From NCBI GenBank assembly GCA_000165345.1, contig CM000433.1, positions 608,001 through 672,000 of the forward strand: a stretch of 64,000 nucleotides of DNA, given 5' to 3'. The number at the start of each line of letters is the position of its first letter. Positions within the stretch are counted from its first letter, which is position 1. The notes beneath the pieces are model-generated. The model saw nothing but the letters and a program-made list of their open reading frames with translations. It was not told the DNA's origin and ran no database searches. The translations under genes were made by a program, and so were the position numbers. This document shows positions 10,639 through 24,100 of this stretch, one piece after another.

Positions 10639-11768
10639 TTTTTATGATTAATCTCACTACTATAATAAATTAAAATTCTTGTAAAAAAAAAAAAATAAAA
10701 TAATAGACTTGTATTTTATTTTTTCACCTTGCCTAACTAGTAGAGTTGTATGTATTTTTTATTTGAATGAATTTTTTTCTTCTCAATTTGTACACCTTAT
10801 CTTGTGTATATATAAATATATTTATTTATTTAATATACACTATTTATTATATTAATTAAATACAAATTATATTATTTTATTATTATGGGGGTTATTGTCC
10901 ATTTTAAATCTAAGTACATGTAGATATTCTTTAGACGCATAGATTCAAATACTTGCTGTCTATTTTTTGGCGCCCATCCCCTCAATATTATTTATTATAA
11001 AGTAAATACTAAAAACTGATAAAAAAAAAATTTTAAAAAATTTAATGCGATAGTAGAATTGTTATGATAAATGAATAATTAACTGAAGATTAGAGATTTA
11101 TTAGAGACTCATATAGAATTATTCAATGATTTTTCCTTTTTATATTTGTTATTCTACTTTTATATTCAATGTATGGTTACATTTTTTTTTGAGAATCTTT
11201 TGTGTGCGAATTATTTCTTCAATTAATTATTCATTATTCATCTAAACTTCTTGATAAAATTTTTGTTTAACATTTTACACTAATTAGAAAAGTATTTGAA
11301 AATGGTTGGCGCGCAAATAAGCAATATTAAATATAAATATATAAATTGGGAATAAACAAAGCGATAAAGAGAAATAAATATATAATTTTCTCTTTGGAAT
11401 TCAAAGGTCTATCGTAGGTTCTCTTTTTGGGGGTATTTTGAGGTATGGTCAGAAGGATTTGACGAATAAAGGCTATTTTCTTTGCAATTTTCATTGTTTG
11501 TTCTATTAATTCTGTTCGAGTAAAAAATCAGAATATTTTTATTAAATGCAAAAAATTTGAATAAATTAAAAGAAAGCTTAATTTTATTGGATAATAAGTT
11601 GAATTGACTAGAAAATAACTCAAATTCTTCAAGAAAAGGTTATTTGCAATATCAGAGATTGGAAATGTAAAATGTAATTCTAGCTCAATAAAATACATTG
11701 ACTTTATAATTATATATATAAAGTGAATATTATATCAGGAAGATTATCTAATTTTATGGGCTTTCTAA

Positions 11769-13139
11769 ATGAGAGGGAGAAGAAACTATAATGGTAATTT
11801 ACCATTAAAAATTATGAGCAGCAGCCAAATCTTGTCACAGTATATATCTTTAAATCATGGACCGTATCATACTGAAGGAAGAACAAGCCTATTTGACAAG
11901 AGAAAGGAGAATTTTTCTAGAATTTTGAATTTTCAAATCCCTGTAAGAGAAAGATTTTCGCCTAATAAGATGCATTTAAACAAGTATCTGCCAGTAGAAA
12001 AGCCCAGGAAGGATATTTTAAGTTCAAGCTTAAGTGATGATTTAACCCCAATTAGCAAAACAAGTACTATAATAAATAAATACCAGGAGATTAAAAGTAA
12101 ACACAGGGTAATTTATTATGAAAAAAGTGGATCTGACTCTGACGATGGACTTTTAAAACGATCATTAGAGTTTATCAAAAGAATATCAAAAAGTAACAAT
12201 CATTTAGAAGTTCTTGGTAGTCATTTAAATAGTCTTGCATTATGTGAGAGAAATCTTGAAGATAAGAGGAAAGAATTTAAGAAGCTTGTTTATGGTTTGG
12301 ATGATAGCCAATTTGAAGAACAAGAATCGAAAGAAAAAGATGAATTATTTGTTTCTCTTGGAGTAATAAAATATAAATATCCAATAGAATGTTCTGATGA
12401 AGAGTTAAACAAGGCTAGGAGTTACTTAAATAGCTTAAGTAATAGAGGACAGATTGTAGCTATTAATTATAAAAGTAATATTGAATTAACAATTGATTTG
12501 ATTCAATGTTTAAGATCACAACAATGGTTAAATGACGAATTAATTAACTTTTACTTCTCAATGCTTCAAGAAAGAAATGATCGTCAAACTTCCAATGGAT
12601 TTAAGCCTAAAGTATGGCTTTGGAACTCTTTCTTTTACACAAAATTAACATGTGATCAAAGTAATGATGAAACAGGATATTGTTATAAAAATGTTTCAAG
12701 ATGGACACAGAGAAAAAAAATTGACTTATTTAATTATGATATTGTACTTTTACCTATTAATGTCAATAATGTACATTGGACTTTGGGCGTTGTTAATTTT
12801 AAGCTTGGATATATTCAGTACATAGATTCATTAGGCGGGCAATTTCAAGACCATTTGGGCTGCACAAAGATGTCAGCCATATTCTTTCAAAACATGAATA
12901 GATATATACAGGATGAATATTTTGATAAAAAAAAGGAGAAATTTCCAGGCCAGCTGAAGCATTTTACGAGGTTTTCAGAACCAGTTCCACAACAGAATAA
13001 TGGCTCAGATTGTGGGGTATTCACATGTATGTTTGCTGAGTGTATTTCTGAAGGAAGGTCTTTTGATTTTGACACAACTCAAATTGACAGGATTCGTGAG
13101 GTTATGTTAGTGGAATGTATTAGAAATGAAATATTTTGA
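11769..13139 (+). CDS. Ulp1/SENP-family SUMO-specific cysteine protease (peptidase C48)
   Basis: C-terminal catalytic domain with His (NVHWTLGVVNF), Asp (IQYIDSLGG) and the Gln...Cys box QQNNGSDCGVFTCMF characteristic of Ulp1/SENP. The N-terminal half is non-conserved, as is usual. Confidence 0.8.
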   Translation: MRGRRNYNGNLPLKIMSSSQILSQYISLNHGPYHTEGRTSLFDKRKENFSRILNFQIPVRERFSPNKMHLNKYLPVEKPRKDILSSSLSDDLTPISKTSTIINKYQEIKSKHRVIYYEKSGSDSDDGLLKRSLEFIKRISKSNNHLEVLGSHLNSLALCERNLEDKRKEFKKLVYGLDDSQFEEQESKEKDELFVSLGVIKYKYPIECSDEELNKARSYLNSLSNRGQIVAINYKSNIELTIDLIQCLRSQQWLNDELINFYFSMLQERNDRQTSNGFKPKVWLWNSFFYTKLTCDQSNDETGYCYKNVSRWTQRKKIDLFNYDIVLLPINVNNVHWTLGVVNFKLGYIQYIDSLGGQFQDHLGCTKMSAIFFQNMNRYIQDEYFDKKKEKFPGQLKHFTRFSEPVPQQNNGSDCGVFTCMFAECISEGRSFDFDTTQIDRIREVMLVECIRNEIF

Positions 13140-13397
13140 GAATTTTCAGGTATTTATACTCATCGGAATAAATATTCCAAATAGTTTCTTCTATTAATTA
13201 AATTATATTAACAATGTTTAAAGCAATTTTATTAAGTGCTTAATATTAACATACAGAAGAAGAAGAAAAAAGAAAAGGTTATATTTTAATCTAGTCAAAA
13301 TTTTTAGGTAGTTGTTATTAAAATTAACTTAATATTTGAATTTTACTAATTTTGTTTACTGCAAAATAATAGATTATACTATAGATAAAGGTAGTAA

Positions 13398-14030
13398 TCA
13401 TATACCATCAATTATCCATGAATTTACATGTACCCAAGCATTGCAGCCACCAGTATTAACTATTCCCAGAGTAAAGTACTTGAAGTTACAGGTTTCAGCG
13501 ATATCTGTCATTCCGGAATATTTGAAAATATTATCAGTTCTAATCAAAGTGGTTGCTGGAGCTGTTTGCATGTTTTCTGAAGTATATCCTGTCGTTTCAA
13601 AAGCAGATACAATAGTAGAAGGGTCTTTAACCAAACTTGTATTACTTGAACATAAATCATCACAAATCTTTATAAATTTTAAAGTGAGTGAATTCGCTGA
13701 ACATGTACAGTTATAAGAATCACAGTAAGTTTTTAGCGAAATATAGGAAGATTTACTTGAATTACGGATAATCTTGGCATAACTAGATAAGTCAAATTGG
13801 ATTAGTAAAGTATTATCCCAACCTGTACTGAAAGCAGACGTAATTGGAAGATACATAACGTTTCCTGAATATTCCCAGCAAAAGTTTGAGCTTGTATTGA
13901 TCATATTCTGTGTCACAAACATGCTTGTTGGAGTAATTGTGGCGCAACTTGTTCGCTCATTTCTTAATATTCCAGAAATACCAACTATTATTATTAATTT
14001 CCGAAGAAGCCATTCTATTCTCTTTCTCAT
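13398..14030 (-). CDS. Hypothetical small secreted-type protein (N-terminal signal peptide, 10 Cys, Ser/Thr/Asn-rich)
   Basis: 210-aa ORF starting MRKRIEWLLRKLIIIVGISGIL (basic n-region plus hydrophobic core, i.e. signal peptide). An E2F-like TTGGCGCCAA box lies ~155 bp upstream at 14182-14194. An alternative 126-aa ORF on the opposite strand (13336-13716) overlaps it, so strand assignment is not certain. Confidence 0.4.
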   Translation of the reverse strand: MRKRIEWLLRKLIIIVGISGILRNERTSCATITPTSMFVTQNMINTSSNFCWEYSGNVMYLPITSAFSTGWDNTLLIQFDLSSYAKIIRNSSKSSYISLKTYCDSYNCTCSANSLTLKFIKICDDLCSSNTSLVKDPSTIVSAFETTGYTSENMQTAPATTLIRTDNIFKYSGMTDIAETCNFKYFTLGIVNTGGCNAWVHVNSWIIDGI

Positions 14031-14181
14031 AATTATATTAGTTTATATTGGTCTTATCAAATATTATTCAGAGCAAATCTCTTTAAAATAGATCTGAGTT
14101 AATGTTTTATTTCATTCTACTTTTTTTTAACAATACTTTCTTTAAATATTAATAATATATTACATACAATACACATGCACT

Positions 14182-14194
14182 TTTTGGCGCCAAC
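14182..14194. promoter_or_regulatory. E2F-like box ttttggcgccaac in the divergent promoter (secreted-type protein gene / VPS13-like gene)
   Basis: Direct reading. A further copy gtggcgccaaat lies at 14546-14557, and a GCATGC box at 14531-14536. Confidence 0.45.
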
Positions 14195-15110
14195 AAAACT
14201 ATAGATCTTGGACGCCATTTAATTGTAAAAAACTTTAAAGGAGCATAGAGTAAGCTAAACAAATATTTTGGTCACAAGTTCGTTTATTCTTTTAATTTTT
14301 TCTATTTTTTCCCCTTCTTTAGTGAGTTTTTACATTGAAGGTAGTTTCAAATGCAATAAAAAACTATTTAAGAGCTAGTTCTTATAGCAATAAAAGTATA
14401 GATGAGAGAGAAAAAAATGATAGATTATATTTTATATATGTTTAATTCATAGAAACATTAAAATTGGTAATCAAGATGAATTTTTTTTTTTAAATATATT
14501 CTTCATTTCCCAGAATATTAATTTAAATTTTGCATGCATTTATTAGTGGCGCCAAATGTATTTGATTGTAGTTATAAGTAAGGCAGGTAGTTTTGTGGGG
14601 GGGGGAGCGCGCGACTTAGGGGAGGAGGGGAAAAAGAATTTATGAGCTATATATTTACAGGCGAGAAATAAATAAGGTGCCAAAGTAAAGCAGAAATAAG
14701 TAATAAGTTTCAATAAAAGTGTCTATGTAAGGAAGAGAATCTGGTTTCAAATATTAAAGAAAATTCCAAAACATTGAACTAAGAGCTTCTTTGGAATTAA
14801 TTAAGAATAAATAATTGCGTGTGCAATTTTGCATGCAATTATTTTGGCAAATTATTTATTAATTAGCATATTATGTGGATAATATGACAATAGTAATTAG
14901 CTAAAAAGTGTGGGAGCTGAATTAATTCAAGAAATCATACAATTCGAAGTTTCTGAAATAAATTTAATAATCTAGTGACTAAAATAAAGAGAGAATGGAA
15001 CTTTGAATTAAGGACTAACGAATTTTACACAATAACAGTATCAACTGCAAACATAACAACATTATCTACTACTCTAATAATATTAATATTATTAAGTAAA
15101 TAAAACAAAA

Positions 15111-18100
15111 ATGTTTAGATATTGTAGTAAAATCACCGAAAGAGTGTTATACTCTACTATAAAGAATGTTATGAATAAGATATTCACAAATTTTGAACAA
15201 GAGCAACTTTCCATCTCACTTTTAGGTGGAAGCTTGGAAATAAGGGATTTAAATATTAGAAAAGAACTTTTTGATGATTTATCTTTCCCAATCAGTTTAA
15301 GTGATGGAATTGTTGGAAAAGTTAATATTGATGTTATCTGGAGAAAAATATTTACCCAAGAGTTTGTGAAAATCACCTTGGATGATGTATATGTTATTTT
15401 TAATACTACTGATATGAAAAATTGGAATGTTGAAATGTTTGAAAAAAACTGGAAAAGGGTTAAAGCTAATCTATTAAAACAAGATGAATTTATTACTTTC
15501 TTAAAAAGTGCTATGGCTTCCAATTTTCTCAAACAAATTGGACACTTTTTTATATCAAAGATTCAGTTTGAAATTAAAAACATCAATTTTAGAATTGAAA
15601 ATTTGTTATTCCACTATATGAAGAGATTTGTTATTGGACTAAGTATTGATAAAATTTCCAGTCGAAATTGTAATGAATATTGGATTCCAGTAGATAAATC
15701 TGGAGGAGCCATTTTAGGCCGTAATACAGACAAAATTAATGGATCATCAACTTCAAATATAGCTTTTGATAATAATGATATAAGAAATTCAAAAGCATCA
15801 GGTAACTCTAATAACCATATATCATCACAGTCTATACCCAGAGAATTCTATCTAGATGAACAAGATGAAACTAGTATTGGATCTATTGTAGACAAATATA
15901 TGAAATTTATGGAGCCTAAATTAAAAATTAATAAAGGTTTTACTGGAGATTCTGAAGAAAATCTAGACAATATTGATGATATGAAAGAACAGGAGGATAT
16001 TTTAAAAAGTATTCTAGCAAAATCTAAATCCAAGATTAATGGAAATAAATCTATAGAAACTCATAATTTTTGGTCAAAGCTTAAAAAAAAGACTCCTCTT
16101 AGTTGGGTATGGAATAACCAAATTTACGATCAAAAATCTGAATCTTCAAAAAATCCTAATATTGAAGAGAAACAAATTGAGATAGACAATACAGAACTCA
16201 ATAGTGGGATATGGCATAACAATGATCTAATTTTTCCCTACCCTAATGGAATGGGAGTCAATAGAGAAGTCATTGATAACTTTATCACATCCAAGGAAAA
16301 CAGAGAAATAGAAAAATACAATAAGGAAAAGTTTGTCCAACCTGATATTCTGGAAAAAAATGAAATCTTCCTCAAATCTTTCTTAATAGAGAACTTTTCT
16401 GTATATATTGATGAGATCTCACTTTATAACAAAACTATTAACTCTCCTTGGACCAATTTAAATAAATCAGAATCACAAATCTCTGATAGATTAAAATTCT
16501 TAAAAATTACTTCTGAAAAAGAATACGATACCCATGATTTTATTATTTATCCACATAAAATTGAATTAAGAGTAAGATTGGTACCTTGCATTATAAGATA
16601 TGATGAGAATATATATGCATCAGCTTTGAATGATAGGTTTTATATTCTATCTCAGGATGAAGATAACCAGATTATTCCATTAATATCATCTTATTTTATT
16701 TTTGATAATTTAAGTATTGATATCACAGAAAAACAATTAAAGTTATTGTTAGATTTTTTGGACTATACAGTATTTTTATATGGAGATTTTTCAGCAGGTT
16801 CATGTCCAAAGGATTTTCAGAACTTTCCAGATGAACAATCATGTATTAGGTATAGAATTTCATGGTTTGAGTTTCTTATAGGAAAAAGAGACAGAAGTTA
16901 CTCAGAAATTTGCAATATTGAAGACAGTTATAATGCTTATTCTTTAATAAAGCTCAGAAATGATGTTTATAAGTGTCTTAATTATTCAATATATCATTCA
17001 GTAAAGTCAATACTTAGCTTTGAACTAGATAAAAGTGATCAAGGAAATGTTTTAACTTTTCCTCTATTTGTAATCAAAGATCATGAAGAATGTAATTCAA
17101 GAGATAATCCTTTTGGAGGATTTCCAAACAAAAATAAGCCAGTATTGGTTAATGAATCTGATAAAATCAGTAATAATCTGGCTCAGTATATTATTTCTAA
17201 ATTAGTTATAGGACAGAATGATTATTACTCTGTAAGTTTGAATATGAATGATGATTCAACTGTTGGAGGAGGAAAAAAGGCAAATATTAATAATGAGATA
17301 AAGGAAACAGAAATCTATTTAAGTAAGGAGGAAATTCAATTAATTAAAGAGAATGATTTACTTGAAAGGATCAAAACAAAAACAAGCAGTTTGTTATCAC
17401 AGAATGAGTTACCTTTTGAGGTGGTAACTTTTGATCTGAATTCATACTTGAAAACTGAAAAGGATAATAATAACAAGAAATCTCATCATACTTCACCATT
17501 TATGCTAATACTGAATGCTCAAAACTTAACAATTAACTATTCGATCAATCTGAATGATCATAATCCATATTCTAAAAATAAGAAGAGCTTAAGATTTAAT
17601 TGTCTAGACTTGTATATACAATATAAGCTATTTACTGAATCAAAAAAGTTAGAGACGACAATAGCAGCAGAAAATTGTTATATGGTTGTTCACGATAACA
17701 AGGAAATAGGGAAAAATTTAATAAACAATTCAAATTGTTTACTTAGGATTGGACCAAATATCCAAAACTCAAAAGATTCTGACAAAGAAACTTTTAAACA
17801 ATTAACAAATCATCCAATATTACATAGATCAAGTATATATACCGGTACTACAATATGCAATAAAAGGCCTTATATGATGTTTACTGGAAATCAACGAAAT
17901 ATGAAGATTTACGAACCTTGTGATAAAATTGGAGGATTCTGGATAACTATTAGACTAAATAAAAATCCTTTCAGAACTACCCCAAAAGTGAATGTTTATG
18001 GAAAAACTTATGGTGAAATTTCCATTGTTGGATCATATGATGTATTTGAAAGGTTCTTAGATCCAATAGTTAATCATTTAAGCCCAAAACAAAGAAATAA

Positions 18101-21100
18101 TTACTTGAATAAAGCAAATAAGAATTTTGTTAAAGTAATTAAGAAAGGACAGAAATATATGACGGAGTTCTTCAATAATGGAGGAGCCTTTTCTAGTTTT
18201 TCTTATATGCCATGTCCCAACTATATATATTTAAATATAGATGCCAAAGCAAAACAGCTTTTGTTCTTTCCTATTCTAAAGAAGGATTCTAATAGCGAAT
18301 TATTGGAAAAATCTGATCGGAATGAAGCTTTTACAACTTTAAAAGAAAGACCAAATTCAATATTAAAATCAGCTGTTGATATGTTTTCAAGCATGATGGA
18401 ATATAAAATCAACAAAATTTCGAATTACTCTAGCATGTACTGTATTGATTGTGGTGAGATGCTTATTGAAACTTTCCAAAAGAATCCAAACAAGAAATTA
18501 GACAATTCTGGAGATAAATTCTTTACTGATAATATCAAGATAAGCTTTTCTAATATATCTCTATCGTTTATGAGACAGGTTAGATTAGTTGATCTTTATA
18601 TTTATAGAGATCTTGAAATGAAGGACAGAGGTACCGGCAATAATTTTCAAGATCCATGGGAAAAATTACAGGATTATGCTGTGAGATGTATACTAAAACC
18701 TCAAAGTTGGACATTTTCAGTTTACAAGTATAGAAGTAACTCAATAATTAATAAGAATAGTAGTATTAGACAATTTCTGGTAAATTTGGAGTTTTCTTTA
18801 AATTTAGCTCAAGATACGAGCGTGGAAATCAATACCACAGATATGGATCTTCACAATATTGCAGAAATTGTTAACTATTTTGTTAGCTTTTATTCTCAAT
18901 ACAATTTTATTAACTATTCTCAAGTTCTTATTAGTAATGTCGAAGAAGCGAATTCTATAAAAGGAAGAGAAAATTTTGATGAAAATACAAGATCTAGTGA
19001 TCAAAGCTGCTCAATTTCAAGCTTAGATTCTATGGAATCAATTATTGCAAACTCTAAATCAAAGACTAATAATGTTGAATTTCTAAAGAATATTGAGTTT
19101 ATATTTACAATACCAGAAACACATATTATTATTAAATCTGATAATGCTTATAGAGAAAGACAGGGAATGGCAATTAAAGATTTACCTGTGGTCAAGCTAA
19201 ATATCTCCTCAATCAAGGTATTTGTTTTGAATGGAGATCAAGATAGATCAGGAGTTTATGTATCTATTGCGGATGTATGTTTATCAGGAGGGATCTTGAA
19301 CAGAAATAGTAGGCTTTTAGTGCCTTTGTTTTGTCCAATTTCTGATACATTTTGCAATTTGAGTATTAAATTTTCTGATTTAAGCAATATTGACCGGTAT
19401 AAGGATTTTACAGGTATTTTATTGAATAACTCTAATATGAATATTCAAATTAATAACCCCAGATTCATTGTGTATTGGGATCTTTATGGAATTATTCTAA
19501 ATTGGATTATCACATTTTACTTTAAATCTATTGCAGTTCACCTTGAACGAAAAATAGATATCGACAAGATCAAACCAATTCTAGGTAAATGTAGTAATGA
19601 AGATATTCATAATCAAGATCAAAGGTATAATGAACAAGAATCTTTATTGGATAATGAAAATGAAGGAGCAATAGCGACTGAAAATCAATGTATTAGAAGC
19701 CAAATCATTCAGTTTCTTTCTATAATTAACCTCAAAATTCACTTTAAAGATGCTATTGCTATTCTCCCTTGCACACTTTCTGATCCAATTCAAGTAGTGA
19801 TCACAGAAATTGAGCCTTCATCATCTTCCAATTCAGCAGCTTCTTCATCAGCAGCATCTTCTGCTTCTGGACAAACTCAAACAAATTCTGGAACAGGATT
19901 TTCAGGAACTGGAACTTCCACTATTCCAACATTTTCAGCTTTTAAAGTTGATATTTTAAAATCTCTTTTAGCTGTAGTAAGATGTGATCTTACATACAGA
20001 TTTACTGGAGAATCTATATTTGAAATTGAGAACAAAAAAAATTCTCATAGTAAGCTAAAAAGCAATACAATAAAGAGTACTTTTGAACTATTTAAGGGAA
20101 GTATTCAATTTGGAAGGTCTCTGACTCCTAGGCATATTATGGAGTCTTTATGGAAGATCTCAAGAAGTCATAATATAGGAGGAAGGCATGGATTAATGAC
20201 TAGTGGAATTGGTATTTCAAGGATTGGTAGCGTTGGAGTAACCAATAATACCAATATTACACAAAATAAGATTGAAAATGTATCATCAATTGGAGGAAAG
20301 AATACAAATTTATTAACAACTCCCTCAAATGTAAATATTTCAAATACAAATTATGGCTCTGGAGGTATTGGAATAGGAGGAGGAGGAGGAGGAGTAGGAG
20401 TAGGAGTAGTAACAGGAGCTGGCCACTTCCAAAAGTCTACAGGTGAATCGAATATCACAAATTTGGTAAAGTCTTTTTATTTACCTAGAACTGATCAGGC
20501 TTTGAAAAGTTTGGTGGAAATTGAGAACTTGATAAATTCATATCAATGGCAATTCAATTTTGATATAGGATCTGGAGATGAAAAGAAAATTGTATCATCT
20601 TTAAGATTTAAGCTTGACTATATAATGAATCAATTGGAGATTAAGTCTGAAATGAGTAATGTAATCATGCTTTATGGATTTCTGGAGACAATAGAAATTA
20701 AGATGAACACAAATGAGCTTTTACATTTGATTAATGTAGTTGATATGTATTACAATTTAATTCAAAGTAATTTATTTGTGGACCTTTCCAATCAAAATAA
20801 CCAATTTGGAGGTGGTGGAGGAAGAGGATTTGATAACCAAGATACAATGTTAGATATTCAAAGTGATAATGGTTCCTCAAGATACAATATTGGATATAGT
20901 TACCAAGCAAATAGTAATTCTATGGGAAATAATGTCTCAATGATGAATTACTTGGTTTACTTATTTCCTTCAATTTTCCATACAACAATTACAAACTATA
21001 ACAAATTCATCTCACAGTTCAAATTAGAGGGATTGAAGATTCATTATATCCCAACAAATCTGACTTCCAATAAAGATGGAGTGCTTATAGATGTAACAGA

Positions 21101-24100
21101 GACTCAACTTGGTATTTATGTTAATGATGATGCTCCAGATAATGATTTCTTATTTAAAATCTTTCCTTTTTTATCAATATTTAATGAAGGATCTAAAAGA
21201 ATAATGGATGAATTTGAGATCAAAGACAAACTTATAATGATCCCAAGATTCTCAATAAGTAGTATCCCAATTTTACCAATTCTAACAAAATCCAAAGATA
21301 TTTTTTTTGGATTAATATTAGAATTCAAAAAAATATCAGTTTCAATATTTAATAATCAACTGATGTTTTATGACAATATTTTAGAACCTTTTGATGTAAG
21401 CTTATTATCAATATGCATGGGTAGTGATTCTAAAGCAAAAAAGTTATCAATAGAAAAATTGAATCCAAAAGTGAATATGGAGATTACTTGGATTAATTTG
21501 ACAATGACTCCAGAATATGTGAAATATTGGCTAAATTGCTTGGATAACTTTAATGAAGTTTATACAAATTATTATTTGAGACTTAATAATATAAATAAAC
21601 TTCTTTCTAGAAGAGTATTTCCTTATAACAATACTCTTGGAATTCTTTTACATGATCTTGAAAGTAAGATCATTGAAGAAGGTAAAGAAATAGAGGAAAA
21701 ATTTAAAGGTCTTTATTCAAGACCATTATCTGGAGAATGGGATGACCATGTATATAATTTTAATAATTCAAATAACAGTAAGCAAATAACAAGTGGTTTA
21801 GGAGAAAATTTGAGTAGCTCAAATTTTGTATTATATAATGATACAGGACAAATATTGGCCGTATTAATTCCATTATTTCTAGATGATAGTAAGAAAATGA
21901 AAGGTGGAGAGATAATTGAAACAAGAAACTTAGTTGATAATAATACAAATCAATTAAATTGCCAAGAATTACAAAACNAAGAANGANTAATTNNNANTCN
22001 ANATAGATNTGATAATTAATGGAAAAAGGAGAGGAAATTCGAATTTAATAAAAAGAAGAACTGAAAGACTCAGCTCAGAGAAATCAATTAAAGAAAGTAT
22101 ATTTGATAAGTTACTTGTAAGAAAGAAATCAGTNTTGGATACAAGTATTCTTTATTCACAAGAATCAGAAATGTCAAATATTTCAAATATAAGCAAAACA
22201 AATTACAATTTATATTATGTTTGGAGATATTTAAAACCAAATCACAAGATTTCATTCAGTAGAGACGAATATGGAAATAGTTACCCAATAGTGGTTAGAA
22301 TTCGAATCTTGAACGATGCTTTCGATCTTAATAATATTACAATGGATAAAGTTAATATGGAGGTAGTTTACCTTGGACTAAGTGAAAGAAATCAAGCAAG
22401 AATACCTTTACTAATAAAGACTGATATTATGAATAATCATTCATATTTGATTTCAATTTCCTCACGAGTTTTTATTTCAAACAATACAAGCAATATTATC
22501 AGATTAATACCAAATCCTAAGAATGTTGAAGATTTTCTAAATAATAATTTTTTCATCCCCCCAACAAGTAACAAACCAATTCTTGTTTCAAAATATAATG
22601 GAAAATTTTATGAGACTATTTCCAGAAAATTTATTGATAAAAATTATATTTCAAGTATATTAGACGAAGAAATTAATAAGACCAACTATAATAATAATGA
22701 TTATATTAATATTTTAATTCAATCAAATCTTTTCTGCAAGAATTTCAATCCTGACTTTTTTACACTCTATTTAAATCCAAATACGTATACATGCATGCCC
22801 ATGTGGACATCAATACCGGTATTGCATGCAGGCAGTAAGAATGACATGTTAAAATTCATTCCACTGCGCGCAGTAATAAATAATGTTTGGTTGGAGTCAG
22901 TGATAAGAAATAAAGAAGAAAGAAAAAATCGAGTTTCTATAAAAATACCAACGGATGATGAGAATAAGAATAAAGATATAGATGAAGAAGAGGAAGTCTT
23001 AAGGAATGATTTTTTAGTGGATAATGAGGAGTTATTGAGTGAATATTCGAGTATTTACAATCGTTTGAGTACATCTTCTGAGCAGATAGTGCAGAATAAA
23101 TGTTATAAGAAGTTGTTAACTACTAATACATCAGGAAAAAAGAAGAGTTATTATGGTTCAATCACAATTCAGTTAACAAGAAGATTACAATCGGGAGATT
23201 TGAATACAGAAAGTTTAGAGAATGGTATTGGTGGTGGTAGAAGTAGCAGTGTTAGTGGTAGTAATAATGGAAATAATAATACTGGTGAAAGTGGAGTTGT
23301 ATCAATATGTTCATCGATTTGTGAATATTTTCAAAAAGATACAAGAAGTAATCTCAACTCTTTCATGCTTGTTATTAAATTGGATATCCCTTTAATTATT
23401 GAGAATAATTTATTAATTCCTGTTCAGCTTTCATTCAATAAAGAAAAAGAAAAACATAGTAAAATAAATGGTTCAATAGAACATGTTCCAAATGATAGAG
23501 ATGAAATTAATAACAATGAAAGAATAAGTAATAATGGAAGTATCACGGGCCAAACACCAGGAAATAGTAATGATAGAATTGGGTCAGTTTTAGAAATATC
23601 AAAGACAGATAACCCTAGAGAAGATGAAGAAGGAAGTGAAGGAGAAGATGGAATTTCTGAGTTGATTGATAAAGTTATGTATATGAATGATCCCAATAGA
23701 TCAAATATTAATTTAAAAAATAATGAGAGAATTTTATTAGAATCTTTACCAACATCATTAAGTTTGAATATAATGGATATATCTTTTGGTAAGTTTTTTG
23801 GATTCTATAAATCTTCTCAGATTCAAATAAATTATAATTCAACAACAAAAGAACTTAATAAGGAAATTCTTGTTCCTTTAAAACTTAACAATGGATATAA
23901 GCTTATGCCAAATAATGATATTGCAAAAATTAGTGGTATTAGTGCTGTCATAACTAATGGATTTCTTCCAAGTTCTACTTGTATAAATGTTATGTTTGAA
24001 AATAATAGAACTGATTACATTTCCAAAGACTTTATTCCAAGACAAAAACAAGATTTTAATTATTATATGGATAATATTACCAGCCTAGATATCAAAACTT

